A DNA stretch of 63,707 bases, counting the filler, from Octopus bimaculoides (Eukaryota), in NCBI RefSeq assembly GCF_001194135.2. It is 4 parts of 4 records of this genome, joined end to end, with 100 filler letters (N's around TTAATTAATTAA, not from the genome) between each part and the next. Parts side by side here need not be neighbours in the genome. Positions count along the whole stretch, not along the records: positions 1 to 30,737 come from NC_068986.1; 3 more parts are not named here. The stretch is one strand, 5' to 3'. The notes under the pieces are model-generated. The model saw only the letters and a list, made by a program, of their open reading frames with translations. It had not been told where the DNA came from and did no database searches. The first letter of the stretch is position 1. Each line of letters begins with the position of its first letter. Shown here piece after piece: positions 1-12,500 of the stretch. Both the position numbers and the translations under genes were made by a program.

Positions 1-35
<35 letters not shown>

Positions 36-729
36 CATACATACATAAAAAAACGTGTGTGTGCAAATTGTGTATGTGAGTGAATGTGTGCGTGCGTGTG
101 TGTTTGTGTTTGTGTGTGTATGTGTGTGTGCGTGTAAAAACAACCTAAACAGTTATAACCTGAATGAAAAAGTATTTAAATGAAATACAGTTATGCTCAG
201 ATATGTTTAAGGTATTACAGACGCTTGCGAGTCTTTCATAAATCTGCTAACTACTTCTAACAATAACCGATGCGTGTCTCTGATACAATTACCAGATTAT
301 CTCGTGCACCATTTATATAATCTCTTTGTATTGCTTGCTTACTTTCGGGCTTTCTTCTTCTTCATTTTCTTCCACTTCTTTTTTCTCTACATCAACCATC
401 ATCCATCGCCTTTATTCCACTAGAAATACAAGAGTTCTCCCAAAGAAAGAGAAATCTGCACAGCTTATTGGCAGATCAAAAATATGATTAACTATGATTT
501 ATATATCTATGAACGTTATGAAGGTTTTACTTGACTAAAACTTAGTTACCATTCTCTATCCGCAGGAATAATCTTAGCTAAAATTTCCCTTTATGGATAT
601 GGATTATTATTCAGGATTACTTCGCCACACTGTATGGAAAACACTCTCCTCTCTCTCTCTATCGCTCTTTTACTCATCTTTTTGCTTGCTCTCAGTAACT
701 CAGTGTGTGTATATATATGTGTGTGTGTG

Positions 730-765
<36 letters not shown>

Positions 766-898
766 NNNNNNNNNNNNNNNNNNNNNNNNNNNNNNTATAC
801 TTTATTTAAAAGCAGCAGAAATATAACAAAAAAACCGTTACTCTGAGTTTCACGTTCCCGTTCATCGGACAGTTTTGTTAGAAATGGAGGAAGGATAA

Positions 899-934
<36 letters not shown>

Positions 935-1034
935 TCACTTAGATATATACACTTATATATATTACTATATATATATACTACTAAAATATATATCTAACCC
1001 GCTTTATATACATGCATATATATATATATATATA

Positions 1035-1134
<100 letters not shown>

Positions 1135-1254
1135 TGTGTATTATATATGTATATGTCAGGTCGCTTTTGAGTGCTACTGGTAACATGAAATCCAATACAG
1201 CCTGTCACATGGTCGCGTCGTCGGCGACTAGACTGGCAACCCCAGCAGGCTTAC

Positions 1255-1281
1255 TTGGCGAGGAGGGTGTTGTTGGACACA
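1255..1281 (-). CDS. Candidate 27-nt micro-exon of an unidentified gene
   Basis: The minus strand reads tcttatttttcatcctgcAG|tgtgtccaacaacaccctcctcgccaa|GTAAGC: strong acceptor and donor, length divisible by 3, open in all three frames. Confidence 0.35.
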
Positions 1282-1789
1282 CTGCAGGATGAAAAATAAG
1301 ATTCATCAAAAGGCGGAGGAACTTTGGAACAGTCAATTTCTTTATTAACCATATAAGTTTGAGAAAAAGAGGGGACGATACGAGGACAGACAAAACAAAC
1401 ATTGGTGCCAGGGGATCGAATGAGACGAAACGTATGAATAAACAAAATATGTACAATTAAATGAGAAGGAGTGATTTACAAAAACAGTCAACGGGCATCC
1501 AACAAAATATCTGCAAATATATATATATCTTTTTTTTTTCTTATACGGATATATATGTATATTTTTACTTATATATATATATTATCAATATTTAAATCTT
1601 ACTTTATTTATATTTTCAAATTGTGAATCTTTTACTTTACATTTTTATATATTATTTATATTTAATTATTATTTACATTTGCAAATCTCAAATCGTATTT
1701 TTTCCCCTCTGTATGAATGACCTACTCCGCATCGGTCATCAGAGTGATATTTGATCACTTTATAGAGTGTCTGAGTATCGGTTTCGTGT

Positions 1790-4250
1790 CTGGAATGGGA
1801 TAGCTTATCTCATGGGTAGGTAGAAGCTCTTTAACCTTGGTTGGTAATCTACCTAGAAGGAAACCTCCGAAATAAAACCTGGTTTTGTCAATTTTCATGT
1901 CACACCGGCGACAGTCTTCTTGGGCCAATAGGTGGAGATAGTGCATTGCAAGCTACACCCACTGAAAATTATTCATCTGCACAGGCACTTCCTGTACACC
2001 AAATCTTAGCAAAATCATTGAATTGGTTGGTTGGCAGAAACCTAAAAAATGTACTTGTAACTTACTCTAAAATGTCTTAAACAGATTCAGTAAATGGCAA
2101 AAAAAAAAATGGCTTGGGGACGTCAGGGTAACAGGTCTGTCTTGGCAGGTGTCTCAGTGTATCACAGGCTGTGCTCGGTCGTCATCCTGCCACTGTGGTC
2201 AAACAATCTTCAAGAGAAAGTAAAAACAAACATTCTTTAAATTTTGGCTGTTGGAATGTGCGCACACTTCTTGATGATAATTTCAACAAGAGGCCAGAAA
2301 GGAATACTACACTTCTTGCATGTGAGCTAAAGAAATATTCCCTTGATATAGTTGCGCTCTCTGAAACCAGTCTCTCTGGTGAGGGTCAAGTAAATGAACC
2401 TATTTATATTTTGGAGAGGCCTACCTAAGGGTCAGCGTAGAGAATCCGGTGTTGGGTTTGCTCTCAAGAATACATTAGTGTCCTCCATTGCAGAGCTTCC
2501 AACTGGTATATCCGAACGGACCATGTCATGCAGTATTAAACTGACAAGAGGTCGGTTTCTTACCGTTGTCAGTATTTATGCACCAACAATGTCTCATTCT
2601 GATGAAACTGTAGGACAGTTTTATGATGATCTAGCACAATTATTGAGGAAAGTACCAATTTCTGACAAGCTGGTCATATTGGGAGATTTCAATGCAAGAT
2701 CTGGAAAGGGTTATGTTTCATGGCCTGTTTCAAGTCGACACGGGATTGGTAAACGTAATAAAAATGGAGTAGCTCGTTTGACGTTTTGTACTGAGAATAA
2801 TATGGTTGTTACCAACACTCTGTTCAAGCAGAAAAATAAATATAAAACCACCTGAATGCACCCAAGATCTAAGCACTGGCATCTCATAGATTATATCCTG
2901 ATCAGAAAACGTGATATGAAAGATGTTTCTAGCTTTTGGGCCATGAAAGGAGCAAAGAGCTGGACTGACCATTTCTAGTGCGTGGAAAAATAGATTTTTC
3001 GATAATGTCTAGAAATCAACTGTCTGATTCTAAGGTACCCAAAAAGTTAAATGTTGCAAACTTCAAATTACCAAGCAGCTTGCAAGGATTCTTCGATGCT
3101 GTAGAAAGTATCAATCTTGACCCAAACGGTATATGGAAAGATTTCAAAACAAAAGTATTTCAGGCCCCAAGTTCGTCGGTGGGATTTATATCACGTAAGT
3201 CCAGTGATTGGTTCTCAGATAGATCAGCAGAAATTCAGAAAAACAAGACAGGCAATACACTTCATTCTCAGTCCTTGAACCCCAACTCAAACGAAGCTTC
3301 CAGAATGCTGAATAGGAAAGAGCAGGCTGCCCTAAGGAAAATTAAATAGGATTGGTGGAATGATAGAGCAAAAGGGGCACAAGAAGCAGCTCACAGATAC
3401 CAAGGGTTTGTACTCTTATGTTAAGGAGGTATATGGCCCCAAATCTTCTTCAATAGCTCCAATGAGAATAGAAAATGGACGTTTGCTTCTGATTGACACC
3501 GCTTCTATTCATAAGCGTTGGGTAGAACATTTTTCTGTACTTTTGAATGGACCATCATCCGCTGACATGAAGACGTTAGAAAAAATCGAACACCTTCCAC
3601 TTATAGAAGAGATGGCACTTGAACCAACTGTAAATGACATTTATTTAGCTGTGAATAAGCTGAATAATAATAAGTCTCCAAGGCCCGAGGGAATATGTGT
3701 AGAAGTCTTGAAATATGGGGGTGACAAAATGTTTGAACTATTAAATGTATTAATTTGTCACTGTTGGAGAACTGAGAAAACGCCGCAAGACTGGATTGAC
3801 GTCATTTTAATCTCCTTGTATAAATTAGGGCCAAAGGATCTGTGTGGTAATTTTCGTGGGATTTCGCTTTTGTCAGTGGTTGGAAAGGTACTTGCCCACG
3901 TCTTTTTAGAACGTTTAACTACCTTCATAGTTCCAAGAGTCTCAGTGTAATTTTTTTCGTTATTCCAGGGGCACAGTTGATTGTATCTTTGGAAAGTGCA
4001 TTGAAAAGAATCGTGCTCTATACCATTGCTTTGTTGATTTGAGCAAAACATTCGATACTGTTAATCGAAATGCACTGTTGCTAAATCTAAGAAAAATATG
4101 TTGCCCACAGAGCTTTACATCAAGGTATGAAAGCTAGAGTTAACTTTGGTGGGAGGCTCTCTGAATCTTTTGCCGCGGAAAATGGATTAAAGCAAGGAGA
4201 CCTTGATGCACCTACCCTCTTTGCAATATACTTTGCTGTTTTGAAAGAAA
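1790..4250 (+). mobile_element. RTE-clade LINE, decayed (5' UTR, AP endonuclease, N-terminal half of RT)
   Basis: Frameshifted ORFs 2171-3950 carry APE motifs (GCWNVRTL, DIVALSET, YAPT, ILGDFNAR, HLIDYIL, TDH). RT motifs follow (GNFRGISLLSVVGKVLA, VDLSKTFDTVNR, GLKQGD). Similarity ends before the YADD motif. Confidence 0.9.
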
Positions 4251-5255
4251 ACAGTAAGACGATTATGTAGACCATATTATTTGAGTGCTGCTTATTCTAT
4301 CGATCTCACTAGGTTGAAGGGCGTGATTTGAAATCAAAACATGAAGAGCCGTAAACAAATCCATTCAGGTATTTTTCTTTACTGCCAAATTACGGACTTT
4401 AGTGTCTTTAACATAAAGTAGAAACCAGAAATAAACCAAGTCTGGTTTGGTTGAATAGATTTATTCTCTTAGCGTGCCATAAACATACCGCAATCGTTAG
4501 TGTATATGTGACTACATTGTCCAATGTACTCTATTTATACGATGATAGTGTTCGGGTGCAATTCGAGAGGATTAAACTATTATTTCTAGCCTGTTGCGAT
4601 ACCATGTAGGAAGTACGTCGTTGGTTCGGTGTAAAAGAACAGTCAGACCTAAAGAGGAAATCGACTACAAAGGTTAGCAGGAACTAAAAAAAAGAAAAAA
4701 GACAAAGGAGAAACAATATCAACAGGTTCAATCAGGCACGGATAAATTATAAACTCAGCCCCTTTTTTTATATTCAAATACATTGACTGATTCTAACATT
4801 CTGATATCATGCATGATATATTTAAGATTAATTCCTCAATGTCAATGATCTGGTGAGCCAGAGTTAACAAATTAGAGACGCAATAACATTAATATAATTT
4901 TCTCTTATTACAATTACGCTCTATATTTTACGGGAAGTGGGGCAATTTTGAGACTGTGAATGTTAATATAACGAGCGCCATTAACTGGGTGAAATACAAA
5001 GAGAAAAGCTAAAGACGCTCAATGGATAATATTAATTAAACTAACTAGTAATAGTTGAAATTTATGTTTTGATTTTAATATGTTTATTTAGTTAACCGTT
5101 ACTTATTTTGTTACACTTTTATTTACATTTTACGCATACAAACACCTTATAACACACATACACACAAACACATATATTCAGACGCACACACGCAGGCGCT
5201 AAGAACCCACATAGACTACACACAGAGAACAGAGACAAAACCTGAACGGATTCAT

Positions 5256-5298
<43 letters not shown>

Positions 5299-5529
5299 GG
5301 CACATACAAACGTAGACATCGATACGTATATATATATNNNNNNNNNNNNNNNNNNNNNNNNNNNNNNNNNNNNNNNNNNNNNNNNNNNNNNNNNNNNNNN
5401 NNNNNNNNNNNNNNNNNNNNNNNNNNNNNNNNNNNNNNNNNNNNNNNNNNNNNNNNNNNNNNNNNNNNNNNNNNNNNNNNNNNNNNNNNNNNNNNNNNNN
5501 NNNNNNNNNNNNNNNNNNNNNNNNNNNNN

Positions 5530-5560
<31 letters not shown>

Positions 5561-6209
5561 CAGACATGCGTGCAGACACATCTAATTCGAGTTATGATCG
5601 AATAGTGTTTATTATTAAATCGAAGCTGTTTATTGATCTTTGTCAGTAAACTATCAATTTACGCTATATCCGGAATACTGTGTGCAACCGACCAGTAACT
5701 GTATATTTGGACCGTTGGTTTTAATTGGAAAATATCCTAACGTACAACTTGCTTAACCAGCTCGAAGCTTTACACATCAATCAAGTCACGCGCGCACACA
5801 CACACGCGCACACGCACGCACACCCATACACATACACACAAGCAGAAGTTCTTATTCTCAATCCTTCTATTAGTTCACGCAGATACTCTTTCTCTGCTTT
5901 ATTTGTAACATACTTTTCAAAAGAAGATTTATTCGTAAATACTCTTAGATGTAGCCATTGCAGTGGCGTAGGTGGTCATAATTCGCTTGACCTCAGTCTT
6001 GCAACAAAAGATCGACCCCGGGATTGGGTATTTTTTTCCAGTCAAGATAAACACCATTAAGAAAGGCATAAACACCACTTCGTATTGCAAGTGTTTGCTA
6101 CATTCAGAAGACATGAAGTATTTCCATTTTGCCACGTCTTCATCATGTTGCAACCAGGTGAAGGGCAACAAATGCAAAATCGCATACAGACACACACGAA
6201 CGCTCGTGC

Positions 6210-6248
<39 letters not shown>

Positions 6249-7732
6249 ATATAAACACATATATACATATAAGTGTATATATGTATGTGTATATACGTAT
6301 GTATGTATACGCGTGGGGGTGTATCTCTCTCTCTATGTGGTGTGTGCCTGCATGGGAGTGTAGGGGTGTGCCTCTGTGTGTGAGTGTGTGACTGTCGGAA
6401 CATGAGTATGTATATGGATAATATATGTGTACGATCATGTATGTGTACGTATAGAATGTTCGGAAAGGTCAACCAAGGGCAATCGCATGTTTAGCCAACG
6501 ATGAAGAATAATTAACAGTACAAATAAAGCAAATGGCAATACCTTAAAACGACAATCACTTTCACACTCGCAAAATCACCATCTCACACCATCCAGAAAT
6601 CCACACTTTCGGAGCAGTTTGCCAACACATCTCTTGACACACGCGATGGCTAATACTAACTGAAAGAAACGACAAACAAATAGGAAGCTCATGAAGCCGA
6701 TAATTTGAATTTACGGAGACAATATTTATATATCACCCGAGGAACAAATAGATCTCATAATGCAAGGAAAAGGTTGCGTAACCAAGCACCTGCAAGCCTG
6801 GAGAAGTACGTCGCTTTGAAACAATTGTAGCCATTGCCCAAAAATGTCCAACCGAAATATTTCTAATTGACTCCAACTATTTCAATCATATATAATTATA
6901 TANNNNNNNNNNNNNNNNNNNNNNNNNNNNNNNNNNNNNNNNNNNNNNNNNNNNNNNNNNNNNNNNNNNNNNNNNNNNNNNNNNNNNNNNNNNNNNNNNN
7001 NNNNNNNNNNNNNNNNNNNNNNNNNNNNNNNNNNNNNNNNNNNNNNNNNNNNNNNNNNNNNNNNNNNNNNNNNNNNNNNNNNNNNNNNNNNNNNNNNNNN
7101 NNNNNNNNNNNNNNNNNNNNNNNNNNNNNNNNNNNNNNNNNNNNNNNNNNNNNNNNNNNNNNNNNNNNNNNNNTATATATATATATATAAAGTAAAAGGT
7201 AATTGCCAGCATAATATGGGTGTCCTGGACGGGACATGTTACTTAATGTGTGTGTGTGTATGTGTGTATGTATGTATGTATGTATGTATGTGTGTATTTA
7301 CGCATGAGATCGTGTGGGTATTTACGCGCGGGCGTATGCGGATGTGTGCGGGTGTGCGTATGAGTATGTATGTGTTTGTGCAGGTGTAAGAGTATGTATA
7401 TACATGTGTGTATGTGTCTACTTATGTGTGTTTATGTGTGTGTGCGTGTGTGCATGTGCAAGCATGTGTGCACTTGTACCATGTGCATCTATGCTCACGT
7501 GTGCAGATGTATGCACACTCACACACACATGCGTTTACATACATTTGCACACACGCAGGCGCACACACACATGCACACACATACAAGCACGCATATATGC
7601 ACACACTAGCACATTTACACAAACACATAAGAGCCCAAACATCTTAATAAAGTCATGAAAGAAAGGAAAAGAATCTAAATATATCTCTCTACCTGCCTAT
7701 TTCTCCCTTTCCCTCCCTCTATCTCTACCTAC

Positions 7733-7734
<2 letters not shown>

Positions 7735-7811
<77 letters not shown>

Positions 7812-7820
7812 ACCATCTAT
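7735..7820. repeat. (ATCT)n tetranucleotide microsatellite
   Basis: Direct inspection. Confidence 0.95.
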
Positions 7821-8095
7821 TTATTTATCGATCTATCTATTTCTTCACTTATCTCACTCTGTTTATATATGATGCTTGTATGAGCGAGTGTACTCGCGCC
7901 ATGCAGCCTGCCGAGGGCGTTTATACATCCATATCTGTTACCAGTTATTTTTAATACCTTTCTCGCTGGATTGCGTGTTCGTTTCTCTTTTTGATCCTCT
8001 ATATAAATGAAGATATATTTCCCCCGTACGGCTGCTTTTCTCTCTATAAAACGGGAAGTTATATTGTAGAACAGTCATCTTTTGTCTTTCATCTG

Positions 8096-8139
<44 letters not shown>

Positions 8140-8959
8140 AAAATATAATAAGGATAAAATTTCTTCTCTATATTTTTTCTTAAAATATACAACTGGAGAG
8201 AGAGAGAGGTGGATATGATTACGTAGATCGATGTACTAATGTTAAGTAATAAACGATGTCCGGCGAAGATGTTTTAAATGTATGAGAAAAGAATGTATCC
8301 TAGATAGTGTAGCTATTACGTCATTGTTGGCTGTCATCTTAAACTAGATTTCACATCTCTGATCTCAAATAAGAACTGTCTTGAATTGTATTTCAATATG
8401 ATTAATACCAGAATAAAATTATATCTTATAAACTTTGCGGGAAAATCATACAAATAGCATGCAAATCATAATCTCGAAATATCATTATTTTAAATTATTT
8501 TAATTTAACGAATCTGAAGTGAAAATTGCAATGGACGAATTAAATGGCTGACTAAATAAATATAGTTTATACAAATTGTATGTAATTAGTTACGGTACCA
8601 GCATTAAATTGAATTGTAAGCCAGTCATTTATTTTTGTTAGTGAAGCCGCTAGTTTGTTAAATGTTAAAATTGAATAAAACTCAGTTTTGGCGTCGTTAA
8701 ATTATCCAGCTTAATTCTGTAGCAAAGATTTTCTTTTTTAGTTTTGTTAGTGCTGTTTTCTTTTAATTAATAATTTTTTCAAGGTATCACTTGAAACGTT
8801 CTAAGAACAATCTATTCGCCGGAACATAAATGAACGTCACGGATTCTAGCACGGCCACGCATACATTTCACTAAATAAGTTATCAGGAAAATATATGTTC
8901 TATATTTTTGAGTTGAGGAATTCTGTACATTATTTACATTATATACATTCGGCAGATAT

Positions 8960-9046
8960 GTGACCATGGGCATATAGCTTACTAATTAAGAGCGCGGGCT
9001 ACTAACCACAAGATTCCGAGTTCAATTCCAGGCAATACCTTGAATA

Positions 9047-9096
<50 letters not shown>

Positions 9097-9260
9097 GGAT
9101 AATAATAATAACATCAGCAAAAAATACCTTAGGAATGAAAACTCAGGGTTGGGATCAAAATTTCACCAGGACACCTGATGATGTCTGGAGAGTAAATCAG
9201 CCGAAACGTTGTGGTAACAACAAAAACGATGAGGACACATATCCATCCAATGCCACGTGA
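8960..9260 (+). mobile_element. tRNA-derived SINE with (AAT)n linker and 3' hammerhead ribozyme motif
   Basis: A tRNA-Ser(GCU)-like head (ttaagagcgcgggctactaacc; B box gagttcaattcc) is followed by (AAT)n at 9045-9110. The HHR-like segment gacac-CTGATGA-tgtctg..cagcc-GAA-ACGT-T-gtggt lies at 9169-9215. Confidence 0.7.
9169..9215 (+). ncRNA. Minimal type I hammerhead ribozyme (partly degenerate)
   Basis: CUGAUGA and GAAA cores are present, with a loopless palindromic stem III (ACGU) and a GUU triplet. Stems I and II each contain mismatches. Confidence 0.55.
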
Positions 9261-9799
9261 AGTTGACAGCATACAACTACTTTATCGTATCACTACTTCT
9301 TAAGTCATTCTGAGAGATTTAGAAATGTAACGTTTCTAATTTTGAAATCATTGAATGTGTTTCACTAGAATTATTCTATGTTTAAGAGAGCTTGTCAGGC
9401 GACTTCAGCCAGCAAGTCATGCTACCCCAGGTTGATGACGAACAAAAGCGTATACGCTTGAACCGAAGGCCGAAAGCGTACATAACCACATCCAGTGTCT
9501 GTAGACAGCTATGTGCTTATATGTGTAAGAGGCCATCATTGTACCAGAGTTGGTATGTAGCCACATAGTGATTACGAGATGGTGGCGTGGGTTTCCGCCC
9601 CGGCATTCGAAACACGGAGTTTTATCATGGCTACCGAATAATTGTCATATTATTTACAGATGCATATATTTATATATATATATATNNNNNNNNNNNNNNN
9701 NNNNNNNNNNNNNNNNNNNNNNNNNNNNNNNNNNNNNNNNNNNNNNNNNNNNNNNNNNNNNNNNNNNNNNNNNNNNNNNNNNNNNNNNNNNNNNNNNNN

Positions 9800-9819
<20 letters not shown>

Positions 9820-9841
<22 letters not shown>

Positions 9842-10219
9842 TGTGTGTATGTGTGTGTGTGTGTTTGTCTGTGTGTGTGTGCGTGTGTGTCTGTGCTTGT
9901 CCCACAACTATCGCTTGACAACCGATACTGATGTCTGTAGGTACTCGTGAATTAGCGTTTCGGCAAAAGGGAGTGATAAAATAAGTACTAGGCTTACAAA
10001 GAATACGTCTATATATATTACTTGTTGCAGTCATTTGTTGACGGTGGCCATGTTGGACCACTGCTTTTAGTTGAATTAATCGACCCCAAGACGTAGTACT
10101 TATTTTATCACTCCCTTTTGCCGAAACGCTAATTTACGAGTACCTACAGACACCAGTATCGGTTGTCAAGCGACAGTTGTGGGACAAGCACAGACACACA
10201 CGCACACACACAGAGACAA

Positions 10220-10251
<32 letters not shown>

Positions 10252-10260
10252 ACACACACA
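9820..10260. repeat. Inverted duplication of a SINE fragment
   Basis: ~9820-9990 and 10094-~10260 are near-perfect reverse complements that share private substitutions (e.g. aaaagggagtgataaaataagtact). The spacer is ~103 nt. Confidence 0.85.
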
Positions 10261-10329
10261 CACAGACACACAGACACACACACAGACACACACACAGACA
10301 CACACAGAATGATATTAGAAAAATACCAA

Positions 10330-10730
10330 GGCAGTAAATAGGTTTCATAAAATTTATCAAGAAAAGATCTTACAGCTGTTTCCGAGATATTTTATATATC
10401 CCTTCATCAGAGACAGTGCAAGAAAATGTTTTAGTATTTGTTTTTGTTGTGGTTACTCACCGATAGTCGTTCTCAGTTCGCCTCGCTGTTCCCGTTGCAT
10501 TTGGGTTCCTATTTTTCATGCTTATTATTATGTCGTCTTGAAGGGTTTATTTTTCAAGTAGTTAATACTATGGGTTCTCATGCATGGCGCTTCCTTAGAG
10601 CTGTTCGAGCGAGTGTTGTAAATCCATTAATTGATTATGGGTCCGTCGGATGTGTTTTCGAAGACTTTGTTCAGTTTTCTATTGATGATCCGGTGTATCT
10701 TTAGCTCTAAGTTGCAGGAGTTGGCATATG
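10330..10730 (-). mobile_element. Penelope-like element terminal (pseudo-LTR) fragment
   Basis: Contains a minimal HHR of the PLE type; the adjacent sequence is decayed and coding-like. Confidence 0.55.
10368..10412 (-). ncRNA. Minimal type I hammerhead ribozyme
   Basis: The minus strand reads tct-CTGATGA-a-gggatat(ataa)atatctc-g-GAA-acagctgt-A-aga: 7-bp stem II, palindromic stem III, GUA cleavage triplet, 3-bp stem I. Confidence 0.75.
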
Positions 10731-11088
10731 ACACCTTCACACTGTGCCTGTTAAACATATACACACACACATAATCGCACGCGCTCACATTATCACAAAG
10801 GAATTTATTACAAAACATGAAGCCGCACCACAAAAAAGAATAATGCTAAATGAAATAAAAGTTTAATTCTCGATTTATTACGATTTTCTCCCCATTGCGT
10901 GACATTAAACAAGCATCTGACACTGATGCGAGCAATTTCGACTGAGAAGAGATGATAATTTCAGGAATTAGGAATTTCCGAATTGGCATTTGATGAAGCA
11001 AAAGGATTGTTTATTTTATTCCGGAGACAAAAGTAGAAAACTGGTCACATTCCTACCGCAACAAGCGCCATCAGTGCAAAATGTAGGC

Positions 11089-11123
<35 letters not shown>

Positions 11124-11249
11124 TAAGATCTGGTAATTAGTCATATATTAATATATTAATTAATATCGATTAATTATCAGGGGGCCAGCACATTTAAAGA
11201 ATCAAAGAGATTCAGAAATATTATCTGCAATCTCAGGGGATTAAGGTAC

Positions 11250-12500
11250 ATTTTAAAAAGTAACGTCGACCACTAACGTGGACAATTAATGCGCTAGAAA
11301 TAGATCACATCTTGTGTCTATTAAGACCTAAAAAGTTCTCAACATGAAATATAGCAGCATACCAAAAACGTGAGCGGGCAAGACATTTAAAATCACCTAA
11401 AAAAATCATTATTAAACAGGAACCAGGATTCGGATTTAACAAATTCTTAGACGCTCCTCCATACAACACGAATCTTGGTATTTGTAAGTTGTGTTTAAGG
11501 GAATCTCTAACCATACTTCGCAACCACAGCCCCCATTACTTAATAAATGTTCAGACGTAATACTCTTTTGTAAACACAAGTCTTACTCTTCATTAGTCTA
11601 TTTTATTAAATCTATGTAATCCCATAATTATAACTATCCTTAATTATAATTAAACTTGGGGTTCAACTAGGTCAGCCTAGCAATTTACTCCCTCCACTAA
11701 AACCACCTCTCCTATTAAATTATTCCTTCTTAGGATTCCATTTGCAAGGTCCCCTTGCCCATCACACCCCACTTCCCTCATGGTCTCCCCATCTTCACAG
11801 GTGGTATTCTTTTCCAATTTTCTCATTTTCCATCCACGCAACTGGTTCCTAGCCTATCAACTTCTCCCTCCCTCTATTCCCTTTCCTCCACCTCTGCCTT
11901 CTTCAGTACTCCCTTTTCCATTACCAGCCCACGATCATTATTCTAGTAACCACCGTTACATTGACTACCTACCCATTCACCACTCTGTCCGCCTCCCTTT
12001 CTCGTCTCTCATGCCTTTCTGCATGCCATATTAATCTCCCTCTGACACTCAATTAGACACTTTCCATCCTTCAGATAATTGTCATCCATTTTCTCAAATT
12101 CCGATAAACCTATTGCTTTGTTCCCTATACTTTGACATCAACTTCAATTACCTCAATTATTACCTATCCCACCCCTACCACTCAACTCCTAACTCTCTAC
12201 CAGTACAATGTTTACTTCTTCATGTTTGAAACATATATACCAGTAATACAATCTTCCTTGATACCCTCATTATTAACCCCCCTCCCGCCAATCCCTGAAC
12301 TAGCTCTCTTACCTCCTCTCACCTGACTTGACATTCCCTGTCTCGACATTCCCTGTCTTGACACTTCTCATAACCCCACAGGCTGGCTCTCCACATTTAA
12401 TCATTCCACAGAAGAACTCTTCAATATGATATGAACGTAAGCTCTTCCCTACCCAGATGACGGAGGATCGATTTATCAAATGGTCATTGCTTCCATTAGG
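11250..12500 (+). mobile_element. Penelope-like element 3' part (GIY-YIG endonuclease C-terminus plus pyrimidine-rich 3' region)
   Basis: 11447-11580 translates, with one frameshift, as LDAPPYNTNLGICKLCLRESLTIL...LNKCSDVILFCKHK. This matches the PLE C-terminal pattern (PY..CxLCL.E..LNKR.E..C.H). Confidence 0.7.

Noticed and set aside
1700-1790. CTGATGA and GAAA on the minus strand near the RTE 5' end
   Set aside because: Stem III and the NUH triplet cannot be formed in any permutation.
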